This document shows, piece by piece, positions 53,473-63,191 of a stretch of 64,000 bases of DNA (the stretch's first letter is position 1; each line of letters begins with the position of its first letter). Both the position numbers and the translations under genes were made by a program. Below the pieces are notes generated by a model. It made no database searches and had not been told where the DNA came from. It saw nothing but the letters and a program-made list of their open reading frames with translations. The DNA is taken from positions 3,906,001 to 3,970,000 of the forward strand of contig OZ076415.1 of assembly GCA_964187785.1 (NCBI GenBank), written 5' to 3'. This DNA comes from Amphiscolops sp. MND2022 (Eukaryota).

Positions 53473-53686
53473 AGATTTTTGGATTTTGAAAATTTGAGCA
53501 ATGATTCGGACAGTCTTGCAACAGACAGCGGTTATATTTCAATGGTGTCATTTGACGAAGATGATGATGGTGATGATGCATCTCAATGTTGAGGTTGTAG
53601 AACTGTTTGAACGCTTGTTGTCATGGCTGGATCAGGTTCAACAAATTGACGACATTTTGCAAGACTGGATGATTGATGATGAGTAG
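53473..53686 (+). pseudogene. Terminal exon of a small acidic protein with DSGYIS motif (one frameshift near 53580)
   Basis: After TTTAG at 53472: RFLDFENLSNDSDSLATDSGYISMVSFDEDDDGDD, then +1 frame HLNVEVVELFERLLSWLDQVQQIDDILQDWMIDDE*. Confidence 0.45.
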
Positions 53687-53782
53687 TTTGTATGATAATG
53701 TCGAAAAACCTGGAAAGAATAATATTTTCATGATTTCTGGCTGAACATGAAAACCAAATGTTTTAAACTCTTTTAACCTTTT

Positions 53783-54607
53783 TCACGAATCTGACGGATT
53801 TTTTCTTTTCCGAGACGCTAATTCAAACTGTTGAGCAAGCGTTTTTGCAGTCTCTGAGTCTTCCATTGTTAGCAAGGGCTCTCCCGACGAGTCAACCAGG
53901 TCAGGAAATAATTCAGCAAACGTGCAAGTTTTGCTTTGCATTTTCTAAATAAAAGTAAAAAGCTTTACAAACATTCGTGAATTGAATACTCACAGAGGAC
54001 AAAAGTCAGTTACCATCACTTGTACCTCTAAATCTGAGGTTGTAGCTTTTGAAACTTTGTCTTCGAGCAGTTCCACTTTTTTCAGCAATTCAAGCTCCTC
54101 CATGTTCAAATTATCAGTGTTCTAAAGCAAAATTAACCTTGTCCATGTCAGAGACTTTTACAGCAAGAAAAAGCAAAGATTACCTTTAAACTTTGTTCAA
54201 GATAGCTACTTGTGGATGGCTTGTTGTTACCATCAGCTTTATCATCCTCAAAGTACCATGCGACCTTGTTTTTATCATCCTCTATGAACAATTTCTCCAA
54301 AAGGTTCCTTTCTGATTCATCAACTTGGTATTCCGCAGCATCGTCCGGAAACAACACTTTATTTTGTTTGTTACTGTTAGGGGCAGTATTTTTTTGACTA
54401 ACTGTGCTGTCATCACCAAGAGGTGTGTCTGAAACATCATTAATACAAACTCGCAATTGGACTATATTTCACCTCTGGTTGGATTATGTTTAAATGTTTA
54501 CCTAAACCAATAATTGCTTGTCTCGTCCTCTTCTTCTCTTTGCGAAAAACAGTAGGAGGAACAGTTGTATTTTTTCGAGTCGGTGGTGTCCATTCATTGT
54601 TAGCCAT
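53783..54607 (-). CDS. Putative 4-exon Polinton gene (about 217 aa, unknown function)
   Basis: Exons 54607-54502, 54461-54184, 54121-54014 and 53944-53783. GT-AG introns of 40, 62 and 69 nt join in phase. Intron 1 has a weak acceptor. Confidence 0.5.
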
Positions 54608-54699
54608 TTCTGAAAAGTTGATGAGCTTTCGTCGAAACTGAAAGAAAAAAAACAAATATATTCAAACAAGTTTTATAGAGAAAAAACTTCAGAGTTACG

Positions 54700-57600
54700 T
54701 TATACATTTATTGGGGATGTTGTAACACCATCAGCATGCACAAATCGTTTGTAATATAAATATGTTATAGACATTTTGTTTTGTTTATATGTGAACATGT
54801 TTCCTCGGTAGTAGCGAAATCCCTTGTTAGTTCCCTCGTAGGGCACTTTGTTGAACAAGACAGATTTAAATCTTTCCAAAGGCGACTCTAGATTTTTGTT
54901 GCTTCCCTTGAGAGCCATTTTCATCTTTTTGTTGTTTTCGTTAAATGCACAGTAGGTTTTGCTGTTGAGACAAATCATTTCCGTTCCTTTCCATTCAATT
55001 TTGAAAAGTCCAGGTGTTCTTTTATCCATTGCACCGTGTTCTTTACAGCAGCTTCGTGTTAGAAAATTCAGTTGAGCATTTGGTAGATAGCAATCTTCTT
55101 CTTCATGATAATGCTTTGCATTTTCTTGCATTTGTGTCTTTGCAGCCTCAGTGAAACAATCGAAGAGGTCGTTTTCTGTCAAAGCCATGTAGAAAGAGTC
55201 GGTGTCCATCTCTATAGCCCGAACAGTTCTTGGTCTCATAATTCTGCCGAGAAAGTCGTAACGAAACTCCAACATTCTTTGTTTTCCATTGTTTAGTACT
55301 GTAAAACCAACGAGAATGGGTTCATCGTGCACAATTTTTCTTTTAGCCATGTTAATTTCGTATATTTTTTCATCCACAATGTCCTAGGACCGGAATTTTG
55401 GAGAATTGATTTTTTGATCAACTTTTCTTTCATCAACAAAAAGCGTGTTTTGAAATTTTGATTTATTTATGAGTTGGATGCCATATGCGCTGTTTCCAAT
55501 AAGTTTGGATGTTTCTGCAATCACACTGAGCGACTTGTCTACATCTCCTCGACGCCTGTTTTCTGTTACAAAGTCCAAAAAATCTTTGAAGGGTTGTGCT
55601 TTTTTGTAACAAAGAAACTGGTAGCATTTTGTAACAACCAAACCATGTTCTAATCACCACTTGATGTAGTCGGTAGAAGACATTATCTTTTCTCCAAAGT
55701 AGCTGGCGACAAGACATTTCCAACCGTTTTTCATCAAACCGAACTCTTTGGCATAATCTTGCATTTCCGCGGAAAGATGTTGCCTCTCGACAGTTGTATT
55801 TTTGAAGATGGGTGGAAGTTCTTTAAAGTGTTCCTTCAAGTGATCTGGAACGTGGATGTCAATTGCAGCTATTCCATAGACTTTTTCTTTCAGAACTGCA
55901 TTGAGAAAAGTCTCCAACGTTGAAAACTTTTGTGGTAGACAATCAAATTTTCTCACAAACTCTTTTATTTCGGGGTCTGTTTCTTTAAGCTGATTCCATT
56001 GACACTCCCATTGCTCAATCACACGATAACCTGCATTTAAAATAACTTCCGTACGCTCCTTGTCATTTTCACGTATTTTCGCCGGTGTTTTTCCATGAAT
56101 TAGAGGCGGCTGAAACATTTAGCAGTTTGAAGCACTTAAAAAAAGTGTATGATTCATTGTTTCAAAATTAAAATTTTGTCAACTAACCAAACTCATACAG
56201 TCATGAGCGTGATGATAACATCCCATAAATTCCCAAACAGTTTTACAGGACACACAAATAGCATCGGGAACGAGTGTTCTAACTTGGTGGCGCATATTTG
56301 TGAAACGAGTGGTCACTGAACAACTTGGGTTTTGGTCGTGATGTTGTTTGGAGATAAAAGCAACATACTGTCGTTCAGCTTGTAAAAATTTACTTTTTTT
56401 CGGAAACTAGAGCGTTGTCGCTGTTGCACACGTAATGAGTCAAAGGTCCAGTTGGCATGTTCCCACCAATAGCAGATAAATACAAAGCGTTGGCATCATA
56501 ACCAACTATTGATTTGACTTTTTCATCATTGATGACAATTTCATTAGTTTTTTCGTAACGACTAAACACTATACTTGGCCCTCCAACAATGTTGTTTCGA
56601 ACACTTTGATACAAATCCTTGTCTTTATAATTGAACAAGAAAATTCCTTCGCCTTTGTTTGATCGATGTAAAATTTTGTTGGCGGCACCGCTGAGTGTTA
56701 GAGTTTCCTTCAGCAAGTCAATCGAGTGTTGTTCATAGAAACGGGCCATTTTGGTCACAGCCTTGTGAAGGGGATAAACATCAAGGTTATTGTAATATTG
56801 TAAATAATCCATCATTGTTTGGAACCCTTCGTGGTCCCATGTTTGTTTAATGTCCTCATATACTTCCAACCCTGTCTTGGGTCTATTTGGATCGGTGAGG
56901 CTGCCTCCGTTCCGAACAAAACTGTTAATCTCGTTCTCCAAAACGTTTTCACTCTTCAATGAGGAAAAGAACGATTCGTAGGGTGGTAATGAAGGTTCTT
57001 GTAAAACTTCAAAACTGGTGAGATGTTCGTAAGGAAAGAAAAACTTGCTGACTTCACTACCATAGGCTTTCAAAAACTTGTCTAATGATGTACCAGCTGC
57101 AACAAAATGACTACAGTCCATGAAGCGCAGGTTTGGTGTTGAAAGGAGTAAGAAGCGAGTATTTCGTTTAATACACTTGATGGATGACAAGCTAACGAAA
57201 CGCTGCAGCGACTTTAAAAGATATGGCTTTATCAAGTTCAAATCGTAGAATCCACTATTGAAACCAACAACTGGTAGCTGGTCAATGTATTGTAAGAACT
57301 GTGTTCGTGTTCTTTTCAGGAATCTGTGCAATCTCTGCTGTGTGCTGGATACAGTAGTAGTAGCGGTAGTGGTTTCGTTTAGAGCAGCTCCTTCATCATC
57401 TGAGTGTGTGTTCTCTCCCATGGTGGTGTCATCTGGTTCAAATTCTAATAACATTTCATCAATTTGTTCTAGATAGGGTAAAAATTTTTGTCGCTGGTGA
57501 GAGATATTTTTGAGGGACAAGTCCATTAAATAGTCTACAAACTTGTCTACCAAACAGTTAGGGTCTTTTTCCACTAACCACTTTGCAGCCGATTCGTCTG

Positions 57601-59174
57601 TTGTAATGTTTTGATATACTGCAACCGATACGGGAATATGTTGATGAGTAAACTCCAATTTTTTCGTCTTGATGAAACAATCATCTTGGTTGGTATCAAA
57701 TCCATTTGTTTGCTGTGATGATGACTTTTGTCTCAAAATGGATTCAAAATCAAAAGTAACAAAAGACTTGTAGAATCTATGCTCATGCGGAACACAAACA
57801 TCAAACACGGTCTCTAGCGTCGTGAAAAAAGTGTCAGTGGGCGTGTATTTCCCACCTGGATAGAGATGATCTGACTTTTCCGAGCATGATTTTAGATGGC
57901 GATTCAATTCAAACAGTCGTGAAAAGTACCGTTCACACTTGATGCACTTGAATCGTCGAAAAAAACATTAAGATTGCGGATTAGACAAGTGTGATTATCG
58001 ACTAGAAGCAGATCAACAAAATTGGAGTGCATGTCCATTTCCAACGTTTTACTTCGGTATAACAATTCACCTTGTACTACATTGTGTACATCTAGTTCGG
58101 CTGAAAACACTCGGATGGCGCAAGAACAAAACTTTTCAACGTCTGGCAGGTCCGTCAGCTCAATACCGGTAAAATCTTGAACGTTCTTTTGCACTCCGCG
58201 AATGTACATTTGAAAAAACTCCATTGTTTTAGATTCCAATCCATGCTTGGAATTTTGTTGAAAGGCAGCCAAGGCACAAAAAACGCAAAGATTATCATTA
58301 AGCCTTCTTTTTGTGGATTTGTTGAATGTAAGTGTCCACACACTCGTCGAGGATTTGATGAAATCCGGAATATCTATTCATCTTGATCGGTGCTGCCCAT
58401 TGGCAGGCGTGACAAGTGTGTGGCATGTAGAGACACGTTGGTTAAACAGAAGAAAGTCCATTTTGTGCTGTCGCGAAAGTTTGTAAATTTTTCAATAAAG
58501 TCAATGCTGAAAATGTCTTGTTTTAACAGTTTGAATTGTTCAAAGTTTTCTACTAGCTTTGGTTCGGGTAAGACCGTTGTATTGTCACTTGAGTAGTAGT
58601 AGCGATATTCGCCAGTTTCGTTGTTTGAGAGAATGTATCCAAAACTGACATTCATTTTGGATACCCTAGTTATTTTTGCAAAAGCTTCATCGAGTACATT
58701 ACAAATATTATCAATCCCTTCATCCTTCAAAAGAAAATTGACAGTTGTTTGGTGGGGTATCAAAACAATTTGATCCCCCATAATGTGTCTCTTTCTACGA
58801 ACAAGTTCTTTCAGTGATTCATCATCGCCAAATTGGGCATCGTTCAGTTGAGAATTTGGTGATTTTAACATTTCATGTTCGGTATGTGTATGCTGTTGCA
58901 ACTTGGGCATTGTTGCAAAGGTTGAATCACAGTAGCCGCATTTGAAGTTTTTCTTTTTCACATGCTTCAGAGATTTATGAGTGTTGAGGTCTTGGCTACT
59001 TTTTGCAATGTATTTGCACTGTCCGCAGTGTAAATCATCCTTGTCGTGGGTCTTTTCATGTCGGTTTCGGTTGTATTTGCGCGAAAACTCTTTTCCACAT
59101 TTACTACAAACAAAAGTTACAAGGGATTGCTGAGAAGTTGAAGGAGTTGCTGTTGCGCCGTCAGACGACTGCAT
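54700..59174 (-). pseudogene. polB: Protein-primed DNA polymerase B with N-terminal C2H2 zinc fingers and VSR-like nuclease insert
   Basis: VTFDFES and VVGFNSGFYDL (exonuclease), GYDANALY, KLIGNSAYG, EMDTDSFY, PGLFKIE and LNSKTY. Frameshifts near 58375, 57960 (T run) and 56395 (A run). Nonsense codons at 55654 (TGA) and 55384 (TAG). Probable intron 56110-56187. Confidence 0.93.
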
Positions 59175-59508
59175 CGTGATGAATAGAGAGCAGCAGCAGC
59201 AGCACTTGCCGTCGTTCGTTCGGGAGGAATTCAATCTAAACAAGTGTCTGTTTGTTACTACAAATTCAAATAATTTTGAAAGTTTTCTGGTAACTCCTGA
59301 ATTTGCTGTGGCTAAACATCAGACAAACAAGTTTTGTAACAAAAATAAGCAGTGCAAATATCACATCATGCTTTATGGTTTTGACAATATACAAAACAAG
59401 TTGATGCATCTGAATTATGATTTTGAAAATGTAAATTGTCCCTACAGTTATTTCAAATTCTTCATTATTCTTTCGGAAACAGTTGTTTGTATTCATGGAA
59501 ACTTCCTC

Positions 59509-59784
59509 ATGGAACCTTTGTTATTAGCTACCAAACACAATCGTATAAATCGAAGCAAAGAATGTGTCACGAGTCTACTTTGGAGACGGATTGGTCGGAA
59601 AAAAAGGAGACGACACTCACCAGCAACAACCAACAGAGGGCCACAACACACTATAGCGTCGCTGATGAATATTGTTCAAATGCAGATTGTTGTCGCGACT
59701 CGTCTATTGGAAATTTTGCAACAACATTCTTCATCTGAAATTTCCACAACCACCACAAATGACATCAGCACAATAACCGAGTAA
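59509..59784 (+). CDS. Small basic Polinton ORF (GRKKRRR NLS-like); C-terminal part of track ORF 59176..59784
   Basis: ATG at 59509. The upstream part of the track ORF is AT-rich and abuts the polB start, so it may be promoter. Confidence 0.3.
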   Translation: MEPLLLATKHNRINRSKECVTSLLWRRIGRKKRRRHSPATTNRGPQHTIASLMNIVQMQIVVATRLLEILQQHSSSEISTTTTNDISTITE

Positions 59785-59897
59785 TTTTCCTTTGCAAGCG
59801 TACCTTGCAACATCAAATCATTACCTTTGTTCACTACCTACAGTTCAGTTGTTATTTGCTGATTCAAAAAATTTTGACAAAATAAAAAATTTTCATC

Positions 59898-60536
59898 ATG
59901 TCATCAACTGCTGTCATCAACCCTGTTGATTGTAAAGTGTTGAAAAGTTTTAAAGTTGAAGTTAGTACAAAACGTTACCTTTTAATTACCGTTAAAACCT
60001 ATCCGTCTTCTTCAGAAAGCTACACAAGTATTCAACTGTTCAAGTTAGATGAAGAGACAAAGGAATACACACCACAAAAGTATTTGACTCTCAAGTTTCA
60101 AGAATTAAACAAAATTCCTTGGGACGACGTTTACACCAACGTTGTCAATGTCTTCGACTTTTCACTAGACGTTCGCATGCCCTACCACAAGAATGATATG
60201 GACTATTTTGACTTCATCTTTGATGTTCAAGACTTTATCTCAAACAAATCGAGAGTCGTCAGAGTAGCTTCCAAGCGTTATCCTCAAGCAACCTACTTGT
60301 ACTTAAAACTCTTTATTCAACATCAAAAGCGCTGGAAAATGCAACAAACAATAGACATTTCTTGGATGGAGCTATCTCATTTATTGAGTGTTGTCAAAGA
60401 GATTCAGAGCTACCCAAATGGAATACCTAAAGAAGGAAGTCCAGTCACAGAGACTGGCTTATTTCGTCCAATCGCAACATTGACTAACCCAGAAATCAGC
60501 AGCAGCAGCAGCAGCGTCAGTAGCAATAACCATTAA
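59898..60536 (+). CDS. Protein with two tandem PC4-like (ssDNA-binding-type) repeats
   Basis: Two similar blocks, KRYLLITVKTY...YTSIQLFK...YLTLKFQEL and RVVRVASKRY...YLYLKLF...TIDISWMEL. The fold call is inference. Confidence 0.5.
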   Translation: MSSTAVINPVDCKVLKSFKVEVSTKRYLLITVKTYPSSSESYTSIQLFKLDEETKEYTPQKYLTLKFQELNKIPWDDVYTNVVNVFDFSLDVRMPYHKNDMDYFDFIFDVQDFISNKSRVVRVASKRYPQATYLYLKLFIQHQKRWKMQQTIDISWMELSHLLSVVKEIQSYPNGIPKEGSPVTETGLFRPIATLTNPEISSSSSSVSSNNH

Positions 60537-60596
60537 CAAATTTTTTGAGTGCTTCATTACCTCTCTTACTCTTACAGAATTTAGTTGCTTGCTTGC

Positions 60597-61213
60597 ATGA
60601 TGGCTGATTTCAACTACATTATTACGTTTGTTTTGGATGTGGAGTTTTTAGAAGTTGACGTAGTTAAAGAAATTAGTGTAACCACACCGTACCACTCCGT
60701 ATCTTTATCATTCAAACCTCCCAGACCATGGAAAGATCTAACCCGTGAAGAACAACTGGAATACAACAACAATAACAACACTCTCAATGTTCCGTGGGAT
60801 GAAGGCGCTATTGACTATAAGGAACTGAGGAACGCTGTATACACCCTCATTCCACCAGGAGTCATGAAGTATGCAAAAGGAGTGCAAAAGTGTGACTTTT
60901 TCTCTCGTTTTTTTTCCATTTCAAAATTCACAATTTGGAAGATATGGGCTGCCCTGACGCCTCTGCAATCCAATATTTGACAAATAAGAACATTAAGGAG
61001 AACAACGACAACGACGACGACGACGACAAAGAGAACAGGCCGTTGTGTCCCAATTTTCCCAAATATCCCAATCATTATGAAAAATGTGCAGCCATCAATA
61101 GTAAGCATTATCTCAAGTGGTTAGCCAATAAAATTAAAGAAGATCCTGCTGCTGCGGAAATGGCGCGAAAGACTTCCCCGCTGCGCAACGATGCAGCACT
61201 CATACTCATGTAA
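60597..61213 (+). pseudogene. DnaQ/DEDD-like exonuclease-fold protein, frameshifted in a T run near 60910
   Basis: FVLDVEF, FKPP, VPWDEG and YAKG, then HNLEDMGCP and a Cys/His-rich tail in the next frame (60935..61213). Confidence 0.6.
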
Positions 61214-61242
61214 TTATCATCATCATTTGTTAAATTTGCAGC

Positions 61243-61506
61243 ATGACTGATCAGCCGGACCTTGCAGTGCAAGAATTCGTTTTTGATGAGAATAACCAAG
61301 AACGCAAGCCTTGGACACTTTGCGGCAAGCCTATTCCACGGTCCGAAATTGTCTTTTTCAGTCAATTACTTGTCATTCTTATGGTTATCTCATTTTGTAT
61401 TTTCAAACTTTCTGTATCATCTTCAAACGATAAAGACAAGCCGGTTTGGATTGCCTTGCTGGCCAGTGCACTGGGATCTATTCTACCCAATCCGACACTG
61501 AAATGA
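61243..61506 (+). CDS. Small two-TM Polinton membrane protein
   Basis: IVFFSQLLVILMVISFCIFKL and VWIALLASALGSILPNP. Its stop overlaps the ATPase ATG (ATGA). Confidence 0.7.
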   Translation: MTDQPDLAVQEFVFDENNQERKPWTLCGKPIPRSEIVFFSQLLVILMVISFCIFKLSVSSSNDKDKPVWIALLASALGSILPNPTLK

Positions 61507-62237
61507 ACAAGGTCATTCCCACTGACAACCATGTGTTTATGTCTCTTGTTGGTCCATCCGGCTCTGGAAAGACTACTCTTTTGTATAAACTTTTAACCTT
61601 GCCAGTGTTTCAACCAAGGTACCAATCTGTAATTTTTTTCTATCAACATTATCAAGAAGCGTACGAAAAATTGAAGCGAGATGTTGAAGAAATTGAATTC
61701 ATACAAGGACTAGACTTTGATTTGATCAATCAATCATTTACACATGACGGAAAAAAACGCTTGCTAATTTTTGATGACTTTTCAGAGGAACTTTTAAAAT
61801 CTAAAGATTTCACTCGGATTGCTACCGCTGGTAGACACTTGGGCTTGCATGTTTTGTATATTAAGCATAACTTATTTCATAAATCACCCATTGGAAGAGA
61901 CGTAGAGTTGCAGTTGACTCATATTGTGCTTTTTCAATCTCCCCGTGACATTAATCAAATTGAACGACTTGGGCAACAGTTGGGCAAGCAAAAATTTTTA
62001 CCTCTATGCTATAAGGATGCCACATCCAAACCTTTTGGATTTCTCATGATTGATCTGTCACCCAAAACATTGGATCTTTTACGATTTTGTACAAATTTGG
62101 AGCCAACAGTTTTCTATATACCCAGTGAAAAGGCCCGCATTACAGAGATTGACGATGACTACACAACAAGTTATTACGCTGCAGCATTTCAAGAGTCTTT
62201 CACTGGCCGACCGGTTGGACATGTTGAAAAGATGTGA
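61503..62237 (+). CDS. FtsK/HerA (A32-like) DNA packaging ATPase
   Basis: Walker A GPSGSGKT, Walker B LLIFDD, AGRH and LMIDL. Intact. Confidence 0.92.
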   Translation: MNKVIPTDNHVFMSLVGPSGSGKTTLLYKLLTLPVFQPRYQSVIFFYQHYQEAYEKLKRDVEEIEFIQGLDFDLINQSFTHDGKKRLLIFDDFSEELLKSKDFTRIATAGRHLGLHVLYIKHNLFHKSPIGRDVELQLTHIVLFQSPRDINQIERLGQQLGKQKFLPLCYKDATSKPFGFLMIDLSPKTLDLLRFCTNLEPTVFYIPSEKARITEIDDDYTTSYYAAAFQESFTGRPVGHVEKM

Positions 62238-62460
62238 GGACAATTTCATTGAGTTTCTGGCCGAATCAGTTGTAAACATTTTGCAAGGTGTAGTGCCCGG
62301 AGTCAGGCGGAAAGACATTGAAAAGTTCAAGCCACAAATTGTGCGAATCATTTCGACCAAAGCAACTCTTGCGGAACAGCGGGCCATATTCACTTCCCGA
62401 AAGGGGCTCTTGTTGCTAGATGTTATTATCGAGTATGTTATTCAATACTTTTTAAGTTAG
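62155..62460 (+). CDS. Small conserved Polinton-type protein (core-protein-like)
   Basis: LKRCEDNFIEFLAESVVNILQGVVP resembles a common Polinton small ORF next to the ATPase. ATG at 62155 overlaps the end of the ATPase. Confidence 0.55.
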   Translation: MTTQQVITLQHFKSLSLADRLDMLKRCEDNFIEFLAESVVNILQGVVPGVRRKDIEKFKPQIVRIISTKATLAEQRAIFTSRKGLLLLDVIIEYVIQYFLS

Positions 62461-62465
62461 TAGTA

Positions 62466-63191
62466 ATGGAATTGAAAAAATTTGTATTGATACCTTTTTC
62501 ACAGTACAAGAGTCAATTGGCATCGAGTAGGCCTGTCAGCACAGTATTGTACGATTCAAAATTGACCAATGAGGAAAAGACTAAAATTTTGCCTACATTG
62601 GACAGAAAAAAAAGGAGAGCTGCTGCTGTTGTAAGCACGCCCACCACCACGGTCACTGCTAGCACCGTACCTGCAAGTAGTAGTAGTAGTAGTAGTAGTA
62701 CAACAAAGACTATTGATCGTCAAAAGGAGGCAATTTTGTTGGATGTGGGTGGAAGCGAAACTACTCAAAGACGTAGCGCTTCGTTGTACGACAAAATTTT
62801 GTCTAACCCAAAAATAGAATTGACAAGTGAAGGTACAATTAAGCTGGAAAATTCCGACACAGACATTCCTCTCAGCACATTTTTATATAGATTACAGAAC
62901 CCTTTTCCAAAAAGTAGTCCAGTAACACGACAGTTTTTGGACATTGTTGAAAATGTGAAAATCCCCGAACACTTGATTGCAAATCAGTCTCTGTTGAAAC
63001 ATCAAAGAAGTAGACAAAATAAAGCTCCTCCTCTCGTCGGCTCGGACGACGACGCCGACGATGACGAAGAGGACTTTGAAAGCGTCGACGAAGGTGCAGG
63101 TAGCAGCAGCAGGGCAACAAGCAGCAAGGAAAACAAAGAAGGAGGAAGAAAAGAATGGTATTCAGTCAAGGGCGAAAAGAAACAATTTTGA
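62466..63191 (+). CDS. Polinton hypothetical protein (241 aa)
   Basis: Intact ORF MELKKFVLIPFSQY... between the ATPase block and the integrase. Confidence 0.65.
   Translation: MELKKFVLIPFSQYKSQLASSRPVSTVLYDSKLTNEEKTKILPTLDRKKRRAAAVVSTPTTTVTASTVPASSSSSSSSTTKTIDRQKEAILLDVGGSETTQRRSASLYDKILSNPKIELTSEGTIKLENSDTDIPLSTFLYRLQNPFPKSSPVTRQFLDIVENVKIPEHLIANQSLLKHQRSRQNKAPPLVGSDDDADDDEEDFESVDEGAGSSSRATSSKENKEGGRKEWYSVKGEKKQF

Noticed and set aside
55384-55656. Stop-codon reassignment or readthrough in polB
   Set aside because: Two different stops (TGA and TAG) replace conserved residues, and other ORFs use standard stops. Ordinary decay is simpler.
59176-59784. 202-aa ORF as an HIV Tat-like protein (GRKKRRR)
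   Set aside because: A short basic motif is expected by chance or as an NLS. There is no Tat Cys-rich domain, and the 5' half abuts the polB start.
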